Shown one piece after another: positions 37,534 to 48,547 of a DNA stretch of 64,000 nucleotides. The position numbers were made by a program, and so were the translations under genes. This stretch comes from Candidatus Hydrogenedentota bacterium. Its GTDB lineage: Bacteria; Hydrogenedentota; Hydrogenedentia; Hydrogenedentales; SLHB01. The stretch is taken from positions 96,001 to 160,000 of the forward strand of contig CAVUWV010000028.1 in the NCBI GenBank assembly GCA_963745075.1, in the 5' to 3' direction. The notes under the pieces are model-generated. The model did no database searches. It saw nothing but the letters and a program-made list of their open reading frames with translations, and was not told the origin of the DNA. Position 1 is the first letter of the stretch; each line of letters opens with the position of its first letter.

Positions 37534-38562
37534 ATGCACTTTGGCCTCACCGCTCTGCTTGTTTCCTGCGCCGCTGCCGTCAGCGCTGACGCACTTCCCC
37601 CCAATCTCGCGCTCCCGGAACCCGCGCCGAACTATGCGGACATCGTCAAGAAGTTCCAGGACTACGATGTTATTCTGCGGCCGGACAAGAACGAGCCGGA
37701 ATGGTGGGCGGGCGCGCCTTCGGTCGCGATTGATGATGACGGCACATTCTGGCTGGCCTGCCGCATGCGCACGGCCGAATCGAAACGCGGCCTGCGCGGA
37801 TACGAGATCCGCATTCTCAGGAGTAGTGACGGCGTTCATTTTGAGAAGGCCCACTCGATCAAACGGGAAGATGTGCCGATTGCCGGTTTTGAACGTCCGG
37901 CCCTGTTGCGCGATCCGGAAACCGGGTTATTCAAGCTGTACGGGTGCGGACCGTGGAAGGACGGGCCGTGGAGCATCTTCAAGTTCGACGACGTGGCGTC
38001 GCCAGATCAGTTTGTGCCCAGCAGCGCCAAACTGGTGATTGGTCCGCCGGAGAAATCCTATGAGCGCGACCAGTCGGTTATCGAGTACAAGGACGAAGTA
38101 ATCGTGTATGCCAACGGAGCCTACCACTGCTACGTGACCGGTTACATGCGCCGCAACGAGCGTATCTATCACTACACCAGCGCCGATGGCGTTCATTGGG
38201 AATCGGTGGGTAATCCGTACAACGCCGTCATGCCGCTCTCGGGCTGGCACGATTTCTTCGTGCGGCCATCGTCGGTACTGCCGATCGGTGCGGGGTACCT
38301 CTTCGTGTACGAGGGCGGCAAGACGAATTGGTACGACCCCGTGTACAACATTGCGACCGGTCTTGGGTACACATTTGACTTGAATACCATTATCGACCTG
38401 ACGCCCGACGCGCCGTTGTTAGTCAGCAGCACGCCGAGCGAAACGTTCGCGACGTTCCGTTATTCCGATTGGCACCTTCACGACGGTCAACTCTGGGTCT
38501 ACGCGGAGGCCGCGTGTCCGAACAATACCCATGAGATTCGTTTGTATCGGGTAGCCTTGTGA
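37534..38562 (+). CDS. Secreted 5-bladed beta-propeller glycosidase-like protein (GH43/32/130 clan-like)
   Basis: Signal peptide; WAGAPSV, SSDGVHF, FERPAL, SADGVHW, FRYSD. Confidence 0.65.
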   Translation: MHFGLTALLVSCAAAVSADALPPNLALPEPAPNYADIVKKFQDYDVILRPDKNEPEWWAGAPSVAIDDDGTFWLACRMRTAESKRGLRGYEIRILRSSDGVHFEKAHSIKREDVPIAGFERPALLRDPETGLFKLYGCGPWKDGPWSIFKFDDVASPDQFVPSSAKLVIGPPEKSYERDQSVIEYKDEVIVYANGAYHCYVTGYMRRNERIYHYTSADGVHWESVGNPYNAVMPLSGWHDFFVRPSSVLPIGAGYLFVYEGGKTNWYDPVYNIATGLGYTFDLNTIIDLTPDAPLLVSSTPSETFATFRYSDWHLHDGQLWVYAEAACPNNTHEIRLYRVAL

Positions 38563-38612
38563 GATACCGCCGCAACCTACCGGGTTTGAAGACACCTGAA
38601 CCGGAGTCGATC

Positions 38613-40612
38613 ATGAATAAGACCGCCTTAATCCTGTCTCTTACTCTGATTCTCGGCGGCTTCACGGCGTATACCGAAGAGCCGTATTACCGTGACCTGT
38701 CTCCCGATACGTGGGTTGCGACCGATGCCCTGGGCCGGGCGATGCCCGATTATGCCACCGTGGGGCCGGTAAAAGAGGATCAACGCAGGGTCGTTGGCAT
38801 CTTCTATATCACCTGGCACCGTGACGGGCTGGCGAAGATGAAGAGTCCGTATGCCGCCGACGTTTCCAAGATTCTCGCCGCCGAATCCTTCGGCGCGTCT
38901 GGACGCGAAAAACCCCCTCTGGACCGAAGGGTCCTACCACTGGGGCGAACCGGAGATGGGATATTTTCTGAGCAAGGACGAGTACGTCATCCGGAAGGAC
39001 ATGTCCATGCTCGCGGACGCGGGGGTCGACGTGCTGGTCATGGACGTGACCAACGCGGTTCGCTACTGGGACGAATGGGACGTCGCTGTTTCCGGTCATG
39101 GAGAAGATGAAGGCGGAAGGCAACAAGGTGCCGCAATTCTGCTTCTGGGCCTTCAACGGACCCGTGATCACCGTCGTGCAGGACTTGTACGACCGCATCT
39201 ATAAGGAGGAGAAGTACAAGGACCTCTGGTTCACGTGGGATGGCAAACCGTTGCTGCTGTACAATGGGAATCCGACCGTGGACGCCAACGGCAAGGGGCC
39301 TCAAAACCCCAACCCGCACTACGATCCCGCCGCCAAGACCAATCCCAGCAACCCTCACTATGGCGATCCGGACTACACCGAAGAGTTCTACAAGGATTAC
39401 ACGAAGGAAGTGAAAAACTTCTTCACGCTGCGAACCATGTGGTGGGGGTACTACAGATGGGCGGGCGAACGTTTCATTGGTACCGAAGACAATTGGAGCT
39501 TCGGGTACGACATGAGCAATCCGGACGTCAAGGCGATGAAACCGGAGGATCTGGTGTCAAGGCACGACGGCAAGAACGAGGAGGCCGCCGTGACGCCCGG
39601 TCAGCATCCCGTGAGTCTGACGGGGAAGTCGTGGTCTCGCGAGCATGGGGAGCCCGAACTGAACGAGTACGACTTGCCGGTTCCTACTTACGTGCCGTGG
39701 CTGGGCAAGACGGTCGAGCATCCCGAAGGCTACGGCATCTACTTCCAGCAACGGTGGGACGAAGCCCTCGCGGCCAATCCGCAATTCCTTTACATCAACG
39801 ATTGGAACGAGTGGACAGCGGGCAAATACCATCCCGAGGAAGGCAAGACCTATACGTTCATGCGCCGGGACGACAGCACGTACCGGTTCATCGATCAATA
39901 CAACGCCGAGTTCAACCGCGCGATCCAGCCGATGAAGGGCGGATATACGGACAATTACTATATGCAGATGGCGCAGAACATTCGCCGGTATAAGGGCATT
40001 CGACCCATCCCGACATTGAAGGGACTGCATCCCGTGAAGATGGATGGCGAATTCGAGGATTGGACGGACGTGGCAGATGTGTATCGGGATACCGCGGGCG
40101 ACACCGTTCACCGGGACTACAACGGCTACGGCGGACTGCATTACACGGACGACAAGGGTCGCAACGACATCGTGACATGCAAGGTCGCGGTGGACAACAA
40201 GAACGTCTACTTCTACGCGGAGACGCGGGAGCCTCTCACCCCGCATACCGACCCGAACTGGATGCTGTTGCTTCTGGACGCGGATCAGAACCACGCGACC
40301 GGATGGAACGGCTATGACTTCATCATCAATAAGCATGTTGTCGACAACGGGAAGACGACGGTCATGCGGTATGACGCGAGTTCCCCGGACCTTCCCTGGG
40401 TTGAGGCGGCGACGGTTGACTACCGGTACGCGGGTAAGGCCCTCGAATTGGCCGTGCCGCGGAAACTCCTGGGACTGACCGGAGATGCTACTACGTTCGA
40501 CTTTCACTGGTGCGACAACCCGTCGGATCTCGACGATCCGATTTCGCTGTGCGTCGCAGGCGACAGCGCACCAAACCGACGATTTAACTACCGCTGTATT
40601 TGGAACCGATAG
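38613..40612 (+). CDS. Secreted GH99/GH71-like protein with C-terminal CBM9-like domain; apparent frameshifts near 38881 and 39084
   Basis: DTWVATDALGR, VGIFYITWH, HWGEPEMGY, LADAGVD..DVTN, GKPLLL, NDWNEWTAG, MDGEFEDW across three frames. Confidence 0.7.
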
Positions 40613-40626
40613 AAAGGAGATCTGGA

Positions 40627-42417
40627 ATGTCAGGCCACCATAGAGCTGCGCATCGGATTATTTTAGTCCTGTTTCTCGCTCTGCTACCTGCCGTGACCAT
40701 CCTTGCCCAGAAGACGCAGGATGAAGCCATGGACGCCGTGCTGAAACGCCTGTACGCGACCAAGACCCAAGATGAATTGTATGCACTCGATCAAGACGAT
40801 GTGTTCGACGTCCTCACTCCAAAAGAGCGGGAGGTGTTCGCGACAAAGCACTGGAGTTTTGACGTGAACGTTCCGGTCGTCGTATCCATCATGCGCAACG
40901 TCGAGCAGAAGACGATTCCCTTCTGGATCGAAGAAGCCGGATTCAAAAAGACGGACATGGTGGTGAAACTCGCCGAGAACTCGCCCAACACCTACGAGGT
41001 ATGGCAAAAGAAATTCCGCGCCGGCCCGGTTGAGCTGGGGATTAACGGCTTCGACAGTTTCACCCTTCATTACTTTGTTTGCGTGGCGCCCCAGCGTCCG
41101 AACGACATACTCGAGTTGTCGAACTTCTATCCCGAAGATCAAACGGTATTGGATATGAAAATGGGCTCGATGGTCTATCACGATTGGACGGAACTTGCGA
41201 TTGCCGAGCTTCCAGATCAGTTGGTTGGACAGAAGTTGTTGACGACGCACCGGGGACGCGGCAAGGAAGCCGGTCTTGTCGGTTCGTTTCGCAAGACCCC
41301 CTTTCCCTCCTCCGCCGCGCCGGATCCCGTTTACCTGACCTGGAGCGACGATCCCCGGACCACGCAGAATGTCCAATGGCGTACCAGCGAAGCGGTCAAG
41401 GATGGCGCCGTTCGTTACCGGGAGAAGGGCGCACAGAACTTTGCAGAGGCGCCGGCAACGCGCAAGACCATGGAGGACCGCATGCTGGCGAATGACCTCG
41501 TCTGCAATTGGTTCACCACCGTGTTGCAGAACCTGAAACCCGCGACGACCTATGAGTATCAGGCGGGCAGCCCAACGACCGATACCTGGAGCGACGTGGC
41601 CGAGTTTACGACCGCGCCGGAGGCACCTACTCCGTTCAGCTTTTTCCACTGCAGCGACACCCACAGCAACGAAAAGTGGGGCGATCTGATGGCGAAGACC
41701 TTCGCCCTGTATCCCGATACGGACTTCTGCATGATCTCCGGCGATCTCGTGGGAACCGGGATGGAGCGTGAAGATTGGGATATGTTCCTGGAATACGGCG
41801 AGCCTATGTTTCGTACGCGTCCCGTGATGCCGGCCGTGGGCAACCATGACGCCCAACTCGGCCTTGGCGCGGGGATGTATCTGGACATCTTCGGCCTGCC
41901 GGAGAACGGACCGAAAGAGAACTTGCCGGAAACGGCCTATTCGTTTAAGTACAGCAATGCGGAGTTCTTCGTGCTCGATGTGATGAGCCCTACCGAGCCG
42001 CAGCGCGTGTGGTTGGACGAGCAGCTCGCGAAAAGCGACGCGACCTGGAAGATCGCCATGTTTCATTTTCCCCTTCAGGATCCCAGGGAGGCTGATCCGC
42101 GCCAAGAGGAAGGATGGGCAACCCTGTTTGATAAATATCACGTCGACCTGGTGCTGACGGGGCACGTGCATCGGTACATGCGAACGTACCCCATCCGCGC
42201 GGGAGAGCCAGTTGAGTCCACCAAAGAGGGAACCGTCTATATCACGTCGGTATCCATCCCTGGCCGGCCGCTCAGGCGCGAGCAACCGTCCTATGCAGCG
42301 ATGAGTCTTGGCGGAGGTTCATTTTGCAATGTCGTGAGCATAGACGGCAACCGGCTGAACTACCGTGCGGTGACCGAAGGCGGAGAGATAAAGGACGATT
42401 TCACGATCAAGAAGTAA
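40627..42417 (+). CDS. Secreted purple-acid-phosphatase-like metallophosphoesterase with FN3 domain
   Basis: LKPATTYEYQ; SDTH, GDLV, GNHD, MFH, GHVH. Confidence 0.9.
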   Translation: MSGHHRAAHRIILVLFLALLPAVTILAQKTQDEAMDAVLKRLYATKTQDELYALDQDDVFDVLTPKEREVFATKHWSFDVNVPVVVSIMRNVEQKTIPFWIEEAGFKKTDMVVKLAENSPNTYEVWQKKFRAGPVELGINGFDSFTLHYFVCVAPQRPNDILELSNFYPEDQTVLDMKMGSMVYHDWTELAIAELPDQLVGQKLLTTHRGRGKEAGLVGSFRKTPFPSSAAPDPVYLTWSDDPRTTQNVQWRTSEAVKDGAVRYREKGAQNFAEAPATRKTMEDRMLANDLVCNWFTTVLQNLKPATTYEYQAGSPTTDTWSDVAEFTTAPEAPTPFSFFHCSDTHSNEKWGDLMAKTFALYPDTDFCMISGDLVGTGMEREDWDMFLEYGEPMFRTRPVMPAVGNHDAQLGLGAGMYLDIFGLPENGPKENLPETAYSFKYSNAEFFVLDVMSPTEPQRVWLDEQLAKSDATWKIAMFHFPLQDPREADPRQEEGWATLFDKYHVDLVLTGHVHRYMRTYPIRAGEPVESTKEGTVYITSVSIPGRPLRREQPSYAAMSLGGGSFCNVVSIDGNRLNYRAVTEGGEIKDDFTIKK

Positions 42418-42538
42418 TCGCACGAGTGTCGTAGAAACCAGTTTACGGAATTCTGGAGACACCTTGACGTTTAAGATGGATTCCCGTGAAAGAGGGAATC
42501 CATCTTCGTGCTCTATCTCGGTAACGAAGTACGTATCG

Positions 42539-44878
42539 TCAATTACCCCGGTCGAACGTATACTCCTCTTCCAGCGTACCGTCGCGTTTCCATAACTTGG
42601 CCGGACCGTCCGCGTGAAAGTTGCGCCAACTCGATTCGGATTTCTTCTCGTCCCCGGGCCACCATTGCGTCCACCGCGCGGTCCCATCGGGACGGTACTG
42701 CCACTTCCATTCAGGCGAGCCATCGCGGCAGTAAAAGACCTCTTCGTCCACCCTCTTGCCCAGGGCGAAATCGGCTTCGTATTGCTTGGTCCCGTCTTCG
42801 TAGTACCACGTCTCCGTGCCATGCAGGAGATAGCGTCCGTCGTTCCCGATACCGGCATGCCACGCCGCCTTGAGCTGACCGTTTGCGTAATTCTCCTCAT
42901 ACGATTGCACGTCATGCACGCTGTTCGTTCCATTTGCCATGACCACGGCATCGTCATCCGGCGTCGGTTCGTCGGAAAGTATCCAGGCCTCGTTCATGGC
43001 GAAGTGAAGGCACGGCTTATTCATCGTGGTAATCAGGTGGATGATCCCGTTGGGTGCCTGACGTGCCACGGAGTAACCGAGGGTGTCCGCGCCGCCGTGC
43101 CGCTCCCGGTTTTCGTGGGGCTGTGCGCCGGGAAGCTTCTTGATATGCCAGGTTTCCCCGTCATCGTCGGAAAGCGCCACAAAGGAACCGCGTTGATGAA
43201 TGGTCTCCGGGGACGCGCCGTCGATCCGTTGGAAGTCCCCGCAGAAGAACATTCGCCCGCTTCTGAGGCGCAGCACACAGGGCCGTTGGTTCGAGCCGTA
43301 CGCGGGAAATTGCGTTGCACTGACCTCCCACGTCTTTCCACCATCCGTTGAGATCGATTTCGGCATGTAACCGTTGATATCGCTGCTCTTTCCGCCCATG
43401 CCGAGGAGCGTCATTCCGTCCTTGAGTAATGTAATTGTCGTGTGGCGGCCGCCGGTGCGTCCCCCTCTGTCCTGCCACGTCTGCAGATTGTCGGAGCTTC
43501 GCCACAACACGGACGACGCGCCCTCTCCGTCGCTGGGGACGTAGACGTTGCCTTGCTTGTCGCGAACGACCGTGTTGATCGGTTGACGGGAGTGAGTGCC
43601 GACCTCGGTGGTGAACAGCGGGTATTGCACGTCACTCCAGGCTGCGCCGCTGTCGGTGGAGGTAATCCAGTTGAACGGAAAGCCGCCGATGGCGCGCGTG
43701 TTGGAAAAGAAGCATCGAACCGTGTCCCCTTCGGTCCAGAGAAGCGGCGTATTGTCGCAGGCGTCAGGCATGTCGAGCCAGTAGGATGGCATGTCCCACT
43801 CATCCGATCCGTAGCGCAGCCGCGTGCACATCAGCGACATCCCCGGTTCGTACTCGTTCCACGAACTGAAGATGACCATGAGCAGATCGCCGTTCGGCAT
43901 CACCTCCAGTGCGGGACTGTGGTTGTGCCCGCGAAACGCCGGATGCAGTCCGAGCACGCGCATCTTGCGAATGTGTTCCGCGATTTGTTCTTCGTGCATC
44001 CCTTCAATGGTTTCCGGTGGCGACGGGAGCAGATACCGTTTCCGGAAGTATGGTTTGTCCGAGGACGGGCCTTGGGAGGCAGCGACGTTCTGCGTGGTTT
44101 GTTTGACGCCAAGATTTGCGAAGGGAACCACGCGGTGAAGGGCTGGCGTTTCGGGCATGGGGGCGCGGACTACGCGAAACCCAATCCGGTGCTGTCCAAA
44201 CCCTGTCCGACTTTCGCGCGGGGCGAAGTCCGGCGCCATACCGGCCCGATTCGCCGCACGCTGGTAATAGGTCCCTTGCGTGTGAGGCAGCATATAGCGT
44301 GAATCATCGTCCAGTTTGTTGCCGCGCACGACCCGGGCCATCCCTCCGTCCGGGCCCACGGGATCGGTCTGTGGTTCATCCCGGTATTCCCCGTACCAAT
44401 CCAGACACCATTCCGGCACCTCGTTGCACATGCCAACCAGACTCTCGGCCTTCGACGGTTCGGTCCGATCGCCAGGACCTCCGCCATTGAGCCGGCACGC
44501 GTACTCCCACTCGGCCTCCGTCGGAAGACGATACGGCTGCCCTTCCTTCTTGGAAAGCCAGGCGCAGAAGTCCATCGCGTCGTGCCAACTGACGCCCGTT
44601 ACCGCACCCGATGGGGCAGAATACGGGTGATCTTTGCGAAATTGCTGATACTGATCGAGGGATACTTTGGACGTTGAGATGTCGTAGGGGTGCGAGAACG
44701 TTACTTGGTGAATCGGCAGCTCGTCCCAATCGCCGTCCCCAGAACCCATCGAAAAAGTTCCCGCAGGAATCGTGATGAATTCCAGACCGATACTGCTCGG
44801 CTCCGCAGCACGCGCCAGACATGCCAAACCCAGGTAGCACACCAAGGAAAGCAGCCGAAAAACATGGACCGTCTTCAC
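42539..44878 (-). CDS. Secreted FGE/SUMF1 plus BNR (sialidase-like) plus MORN-variant fusion protein
   Basis: IPAGTFSMG, YRLPTEAEWEYAC, IGFRVV; Asp-boxes STDSGAAW, STDGGKTW, SDDDGETW; C-terminal LHGTETWYYEDG repeats. Confidence 0.85.
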   Translation of the reverse strand: MKTVHVFRLLSLVCYLGLACLARAAEPSSIGLEFITIPAGTFSMGSGDGDWDELPIHQVTFSHPYDISTSKVSLDQYQQFRKDHPYSAPSGAVTGVSWHDAMDFCAWLSKKEGQPYRLPTEAEWEYACRLNGGGPGDRTEPSKAESLVGMCNEVPEWCLDWYGEYRDEPQTDPVGPDGGMARVVRGNKLDDDSRYMLPHTQGTYYQRAANRAGMAPDFAPRESRTGFGQHRIGFRVVRAPMPETPALHRVVPFANLGVKQTTQNVAASQGPSSDKPYFRKRYLLPSPPETIEGMHEEQIAEHIRKMRVLGLHPAFRGHNHSPALEVMPNGDLLMVIFSSWNEYEPGMSLMCTRLRYGSDEWDMPSYWLDMPDACDNTPLLWTEGDTVRCFFSNTRAIGGFPFNWITSTDSGAAWSDVQYPLFTTEVGTHSRQPINTVVRDKQGNVYVPSDGEGASSVLWRSSDNLQTWQDRGGRTGGRHTTITLLKDGMTLLGMGGKSSDINGYMPKSISTDGGKTWEVSATQFPAYGSNQRPCVLRLRSGRMFFCGDFQRIDGASPETIHQRGSFVALSDDDGETWHIKKLPGAQPHENRERHGGADTLGYSVARQAPNGIIHLITTMNKPCLHFAMNEAWILSDEPTPDDDAVVMANGTNSVHDVQSYEENYANGQLKAAWHAGIGNDGRYLLHGTETWYYEDGTKQYEADFALGKRVDEEVFYCRDGSPEWKWQYRPDGTARWTQWWPGDEKKSESSWRNFHADGPAKLWKRDGTLEEEYTFDRGN

Positions 44879-44927
44879 GAGCCGCGCCCTCCCTCATCTT
44901 ATTGTTGAATCCCATCCTAGCTGCGGT

Positions 44928-45666
44928 TCAGCCCGCCGATTGCGTCCCCCACCAGCCGATCAGGCTGCCGGCGATGAATGCGGCCTGCTTCTCACGGACA
45001 GGTTCCGGGAAATGTACGTGGTCCGCGAAGAGGTTTTGGCCAATGTTGTTCGTGAACGCGAACAAATCGATCTCTGGGACGCCGGCCGCTTTCATGACAC
45101 CATCCGCGACATCGTTGTATGCAGCGCAATCTGCTGAGAACCGGTAGAACGTGCTGTTGGGTTTGTTGTGAACCTTCTCATCCACGGGCGTGGTCCGCAC
45201 CCAGACGACTTTCATGCCCATCCGCTGAGCGGAGGCGAGGATCATCTTCAAATTCTCCTCGTATTGATCGATGGGAACCTGTTTCTCCTTTGTCTTCGGA
45301 TCGCTCTTGATGTCGTGAAGACCACAATTCAACAACAAGATATCCGCGTCGAGCCCGCCGGCTTTCTCCGCCGCTTCGATGTAGCGGAGCACCATGGACG
45401 AGTCTCCCCCGTTCTGGTTTCGTGGATCGGGGATGCCCGCTTTCGCTTCGCTCTCGTCGGTTTTCCGCGCGTAATGCATAAATCCGTTGAGATACTGCTG
45501 AAGAAAGGGTCCATATTGAAGGGAGATGCTGTCGCCGATAACAAACACGCGCGGCAGTTTCGCGTCGGTCTTTTCCTCTGTTGTCTTGGGCAAGAGCGGG
45601 CATGCGGAAGACGACAACTAGAAACGTCGCAACCGCTACGGTCATCAGAATTCTGCTCTGGTTCAC
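44928..45666 (-). CDS. Secreted SGNH/GDSL hydrolase; apparent frameshift near 45583 after the signal peptide
   Basis: IGDSIS, NGGDS, NCGLHD, DHVHF; signal peptide sits in the ORF starting at 45666. Confidence 0.85.
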
Positions 45667-45802
45667 GATAGTATCTCCTCTGGGATCAACTCGTTTCGTC
45701 CAGCACGAAGCTTAATTCAACCTTGATAGTCTCGCTTGTCTTTCACTGTGGAGTCTTGGTGTACGGCCGTCAGCCGTCACCTCGGTCACTCCAAAGTATG
45801 GC

Positions 45803-45833
45803 GAAGATGGATCCCCGCTTTCGCGGGGATGAC
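45803..45833 (+). repeat. dRS3/REP-like hairpin, copy 1
   Basis: GAAGATGGATCCCCGCTTTCGCGGGGATGAC. Confidence 0.7.
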
Positions 45834-45883
45834 GCTGCGGATGTCATTCGCATGTACTCGTCTGGCCAGCGAGATCCTCGGCA

Positions 45884-48196
45884 TTACCGGCCCGGCATCA
45901 GCCCCTTGGGACGTGGCGGGCCGTCGTAGGGTGCGGCGCCGTGTTGTTCGCCGGAACTTTTCGGGACCGTAAGCAGGTCCTTATCCTTTACCGTGGGCGC
46001 TTCGATCATCCCGTAGTAGCGGCCCATCCAGTAGTCTTCCAGCCAGCCGATGGGCGGGGTAACGGTACGTCCGCCGCTGCCGCCGTCGTATCGGAGGGCA
46101 TTGCGGCTGCCCCACATGGCCGTGGATTCGCGCGGAGAAATGGCCCGGGTGCCCCCGCCGTACGGTACGTACCCCGGTTCGGGCGCGAGATCGCGGCGGT
46201 GCGAATTGTGGTAACTGTAGTTCACGCAGTCCAAGGGCCATTCACGCAGGTGCTGCACCGACCGGCCCGTCTCGCAGTTGTTGCCGGTGAGCGCGCCATA
46301 GATGAAATTGAAGAAGGGGATGTGCTGCATGCGCATGACTTCCCAACTCCGCTCGATGCTGCGCAGGTAGATGGAACGCAAGTGCGGATCCTGGGCGTAC
46401 ATCAAGAGCGGGTAGTAGCAGCGAAACGCGAGTTCATCATCCCACGGCACGACTTCATCCGGCGGGAACGTGACCTTCTGCCGGACGGTATACGTCGGGT
46501 AGCGCCAGTCGACGAGTTGCTGCAAGCCATCCGCAAACTTTTGATTGCCGGTCAGGGCATAGGCCGTTGTTACATATGTTTGGGCCTCCATCCCGTTCAG
46601 GCCCCGTGCCCCAAAGCCGTAGGGTTGTAGCAGGTAGTCGGGATCCCATCGTCCCCACCGTGTAGGCTGGCCGTCCATGTCGCGTAGCACCCAGCCGTTG
46701 TCGATAATATGATTCGTGATGTTCGCAAGGTGCTGCTCCGCACGTGTCTTCTCGGCCCCCTTGGCAACGAGATCGTGGAAGATCGATACCGAGTACATAT
46801 GCGCATTGACTTCATCGCTGGAGGTGTCGCCCTTCCAACTGAAAAGGCCGTCCTCGGTCGGCCACCACTTGGCCGGAAGTCCACCCGAGCCGCGTTCGGC
46901 GCGCTTGCCTTTGTCGGCCGTCTCGGACCAGATGGCACGCGCGATGAATCCGTCCTTGGGCGTGATGGCATCCAGCCAGATCATGGCCTGGAAGGCGTCC
47001 AGCGCTTCTTCCCGCGCTTCCTTGTCGCCGGTTGCGGCATACTTGAATGACATGGCGGCGAGGTAATGGGCCGTGTGTCCGCCGTCATTATCGCTGACTT
47101 CGCGTAGCCATTCACCGCCGTGCCGATACAATTTGTGCACGAAACCGAGCCGCTTGAACCCCCACTCCTCCATGTCACGCTCGTAATAGGCTGCTTTCTT
47201 CGCGAGGGTGTAGGGTTCGTAGTGAATGATGCCGATGCCGCCGTCCGTCGCAATGTATACCACGCGCTCGCCCACGGCAATATCGTGCACATTGTTTCCC
47301 GGCAACCAGAGGTACGGGCCAAAGTACTGGTACTCCTCCCCCACTTTGCGAACGGCGCCCGTAGTGGTGCCGATCCAGAGGTCGTCGTCAAATCCCTGCG
47401 CCAGACAGGTCGTGTCGTCAGAGGGCAAGCCTTCCTTCCCGGTAATTGCCGTCAACGCCATTCCCCGCAGCACGGAAAGCCCACGGTTCGTCGTGACGTA
47501 CAGCGCGTTGCCGTCGGCCATCAAGTCGCGCAGGTCATCGGTGGGAAACATCCCCCAATCGATCGGCTCCGGTCGAAGCACTGCGCCATCCAGCAAGGCG
47601 ATGTTATCACGTCGCAACATGTACAGCGTGCCGCTGTAGGAATCTATCGCCCGGATGGGACCTATCGTCACGGGATCGGCTAGTACCTGGGAGCCGTCCG
47701 CCATGATCACGGTGCTGTCGTTGGACAACCAGCCGGTCTCGGGTTTGATATTCACGAAGGCGCCGTTCTCATACCGGAAAATGTCATCTTTGGTTGCGCC
47801 GTGAACGTCACCGAGGTGCAAGCACAGATCCACGAAGGGCAGGTCGCTGACTTGTGTCCACACCGTTCCCTGAAACCGGTATACGCCGGGCTCCGCGATG
47901 GCCCAGAGCGCACCGTCGAGTGCCTCCAGGTGCGTGACACCGGGCGGCGCCCCGGCCGCGGGCGTTAGTGCATCTCCGTCAATTGCATATACTGTTTTGG
48001 CGGCCACGACGTACGCGTTGTCGCCCAATAACGCGACGGCAGTGACCGGTGTATCCGTTTCAATCTTCTGTCCGACTTCCTGGAGATACGGCTCGTCGGC
48101 AATGGGTTTCCATAGCGGTTCGCTCGCGAACGACGTGGAGACAGCCAGTACGACGAGCATGAGGCTGCGTGCACACAGATTCCGGTGGTTTAGCAT
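45884..48196 (-). CDS. Secreted beta-propeller plus (alpha/alpha)-barrel hypothetical protein
   Basis: Signal peptide; GLPSDDTTCLAQGFDDDLWIGT propeller repeats; SDNDG, KGDTSSDE, PTRWGRW. Confidence 0.75.
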   Translation of the reverse strand: MLNHRNLCARSLMLVVLAVSTSFASEPLWKPIADEPYLQEVGQKIETDTPVTAVALLGDNAYVVAAKTVYAIDGDALTPAAGAPPGVTHLEALDGALWAIAEPGVYRFQGTVWTQVSDLPFVDLCLHLGDVHGATKDDIFRYENGAFVNIKPETGWLSNDSTVIMADGSQVLADPVTIGPIRAIDSYSGTLYMLRRDNIALLDGAVLRPEPIDWGMFPTDDLRDLMADGNALYVTTNRGLSVLRGMALTAITGKEGLPSDDTTCLAQGFDDDLWIGTTTGAVRKVGEEYQYFGPYLWLPGNNVHDIAVGERVVYIATDGGIGIIHYEPYTLAKKAAYYERDMEEWGFKRLGFVHKLYRHGGEWLREVSDNDGGHTAHYLAAMSFKYAATGDKEAREEALDAFQAMIWLDAITPKDGFIARAIWSETADKGKRAERGSGGLPAKWWPTEDGLFSWKGDTSSDEVNAHMYSVSIFHDLVAKGAEKTRAEQHLANITNHIIDNGWVLRDMDGQPTRWGRWDPDYLLQPYGFGARGLNGMEAQTYVTTAYALTGNQKFADGLQQLVDWRYPTYTVRQKVTFPPDEVVPWDDELAFRCYYPLLMYAQDPHLRSIYLRSIERSWEVMRMQHIPFFNFIYGALTGNNCETGRSVQHLREWPLDCVNYSYHNSHRRDLAPEPGYVPYGGGTRAISPRESTAMWGSRNALRYDGGSGGRTVTPPIGWLEDYWMGRYYGMIEAPTVKDKDLLTVPKSSGEQHGAAPYDGPPRPKGLMPGR

Positions 48197-48385
48197 GGTA
48201 AATCCTCTCGATCGATCCCCGTTGGCCGCCCCTGCGGCGAAGCTATGGCGAGAGTATCATATGGGATCTCGGAAGGTACACCGGGCGATTCGGCGCACGG
48301 AGACGGTGGTAGTCCGAAGGTTCACCATACTACTATCTCCGAGAATGCCGAATTCTTGCCGTGGTTTTTCGAGGTCGCGATCCTG

Positions 48386-48414
48386 AGTAGGATGGGAATG
48401 ATTCCCATCCTACT
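48386..48414. repeat. Perfect 14-bp-arm palindrome (GTAG-initiated)
   Basis: AGTAGGATGGGAAT-G-ATTCCCATCCTACT. Confidence 0.8.
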
Positions 48415-48516
48415 TTGCAGCATTCTCTTTCGAGTCCGGTTGCGATGATATGGATCATTCTCAATTTGGTTGCGGCTACGCCGCGCTGTGTGACGGGTGG
48501 GTACTATAAAACGACT

Positions 48517-48547
48517 GAAGATGGTTTCCCGCATTCGCGGGAATGAC
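48517..48547 (+). repeat. dRS3/REP-like hairpin, copy 2
   Basis: GAAGATGGTTTCCCGCATTCGCGGGAATGAC. Confidence 0.7.

Noticed and set aside
40684..42285. 533-aa minus-strand ORF
   Set aside because: Antisense to a clear metallophosphoesterase; no recognisable domain
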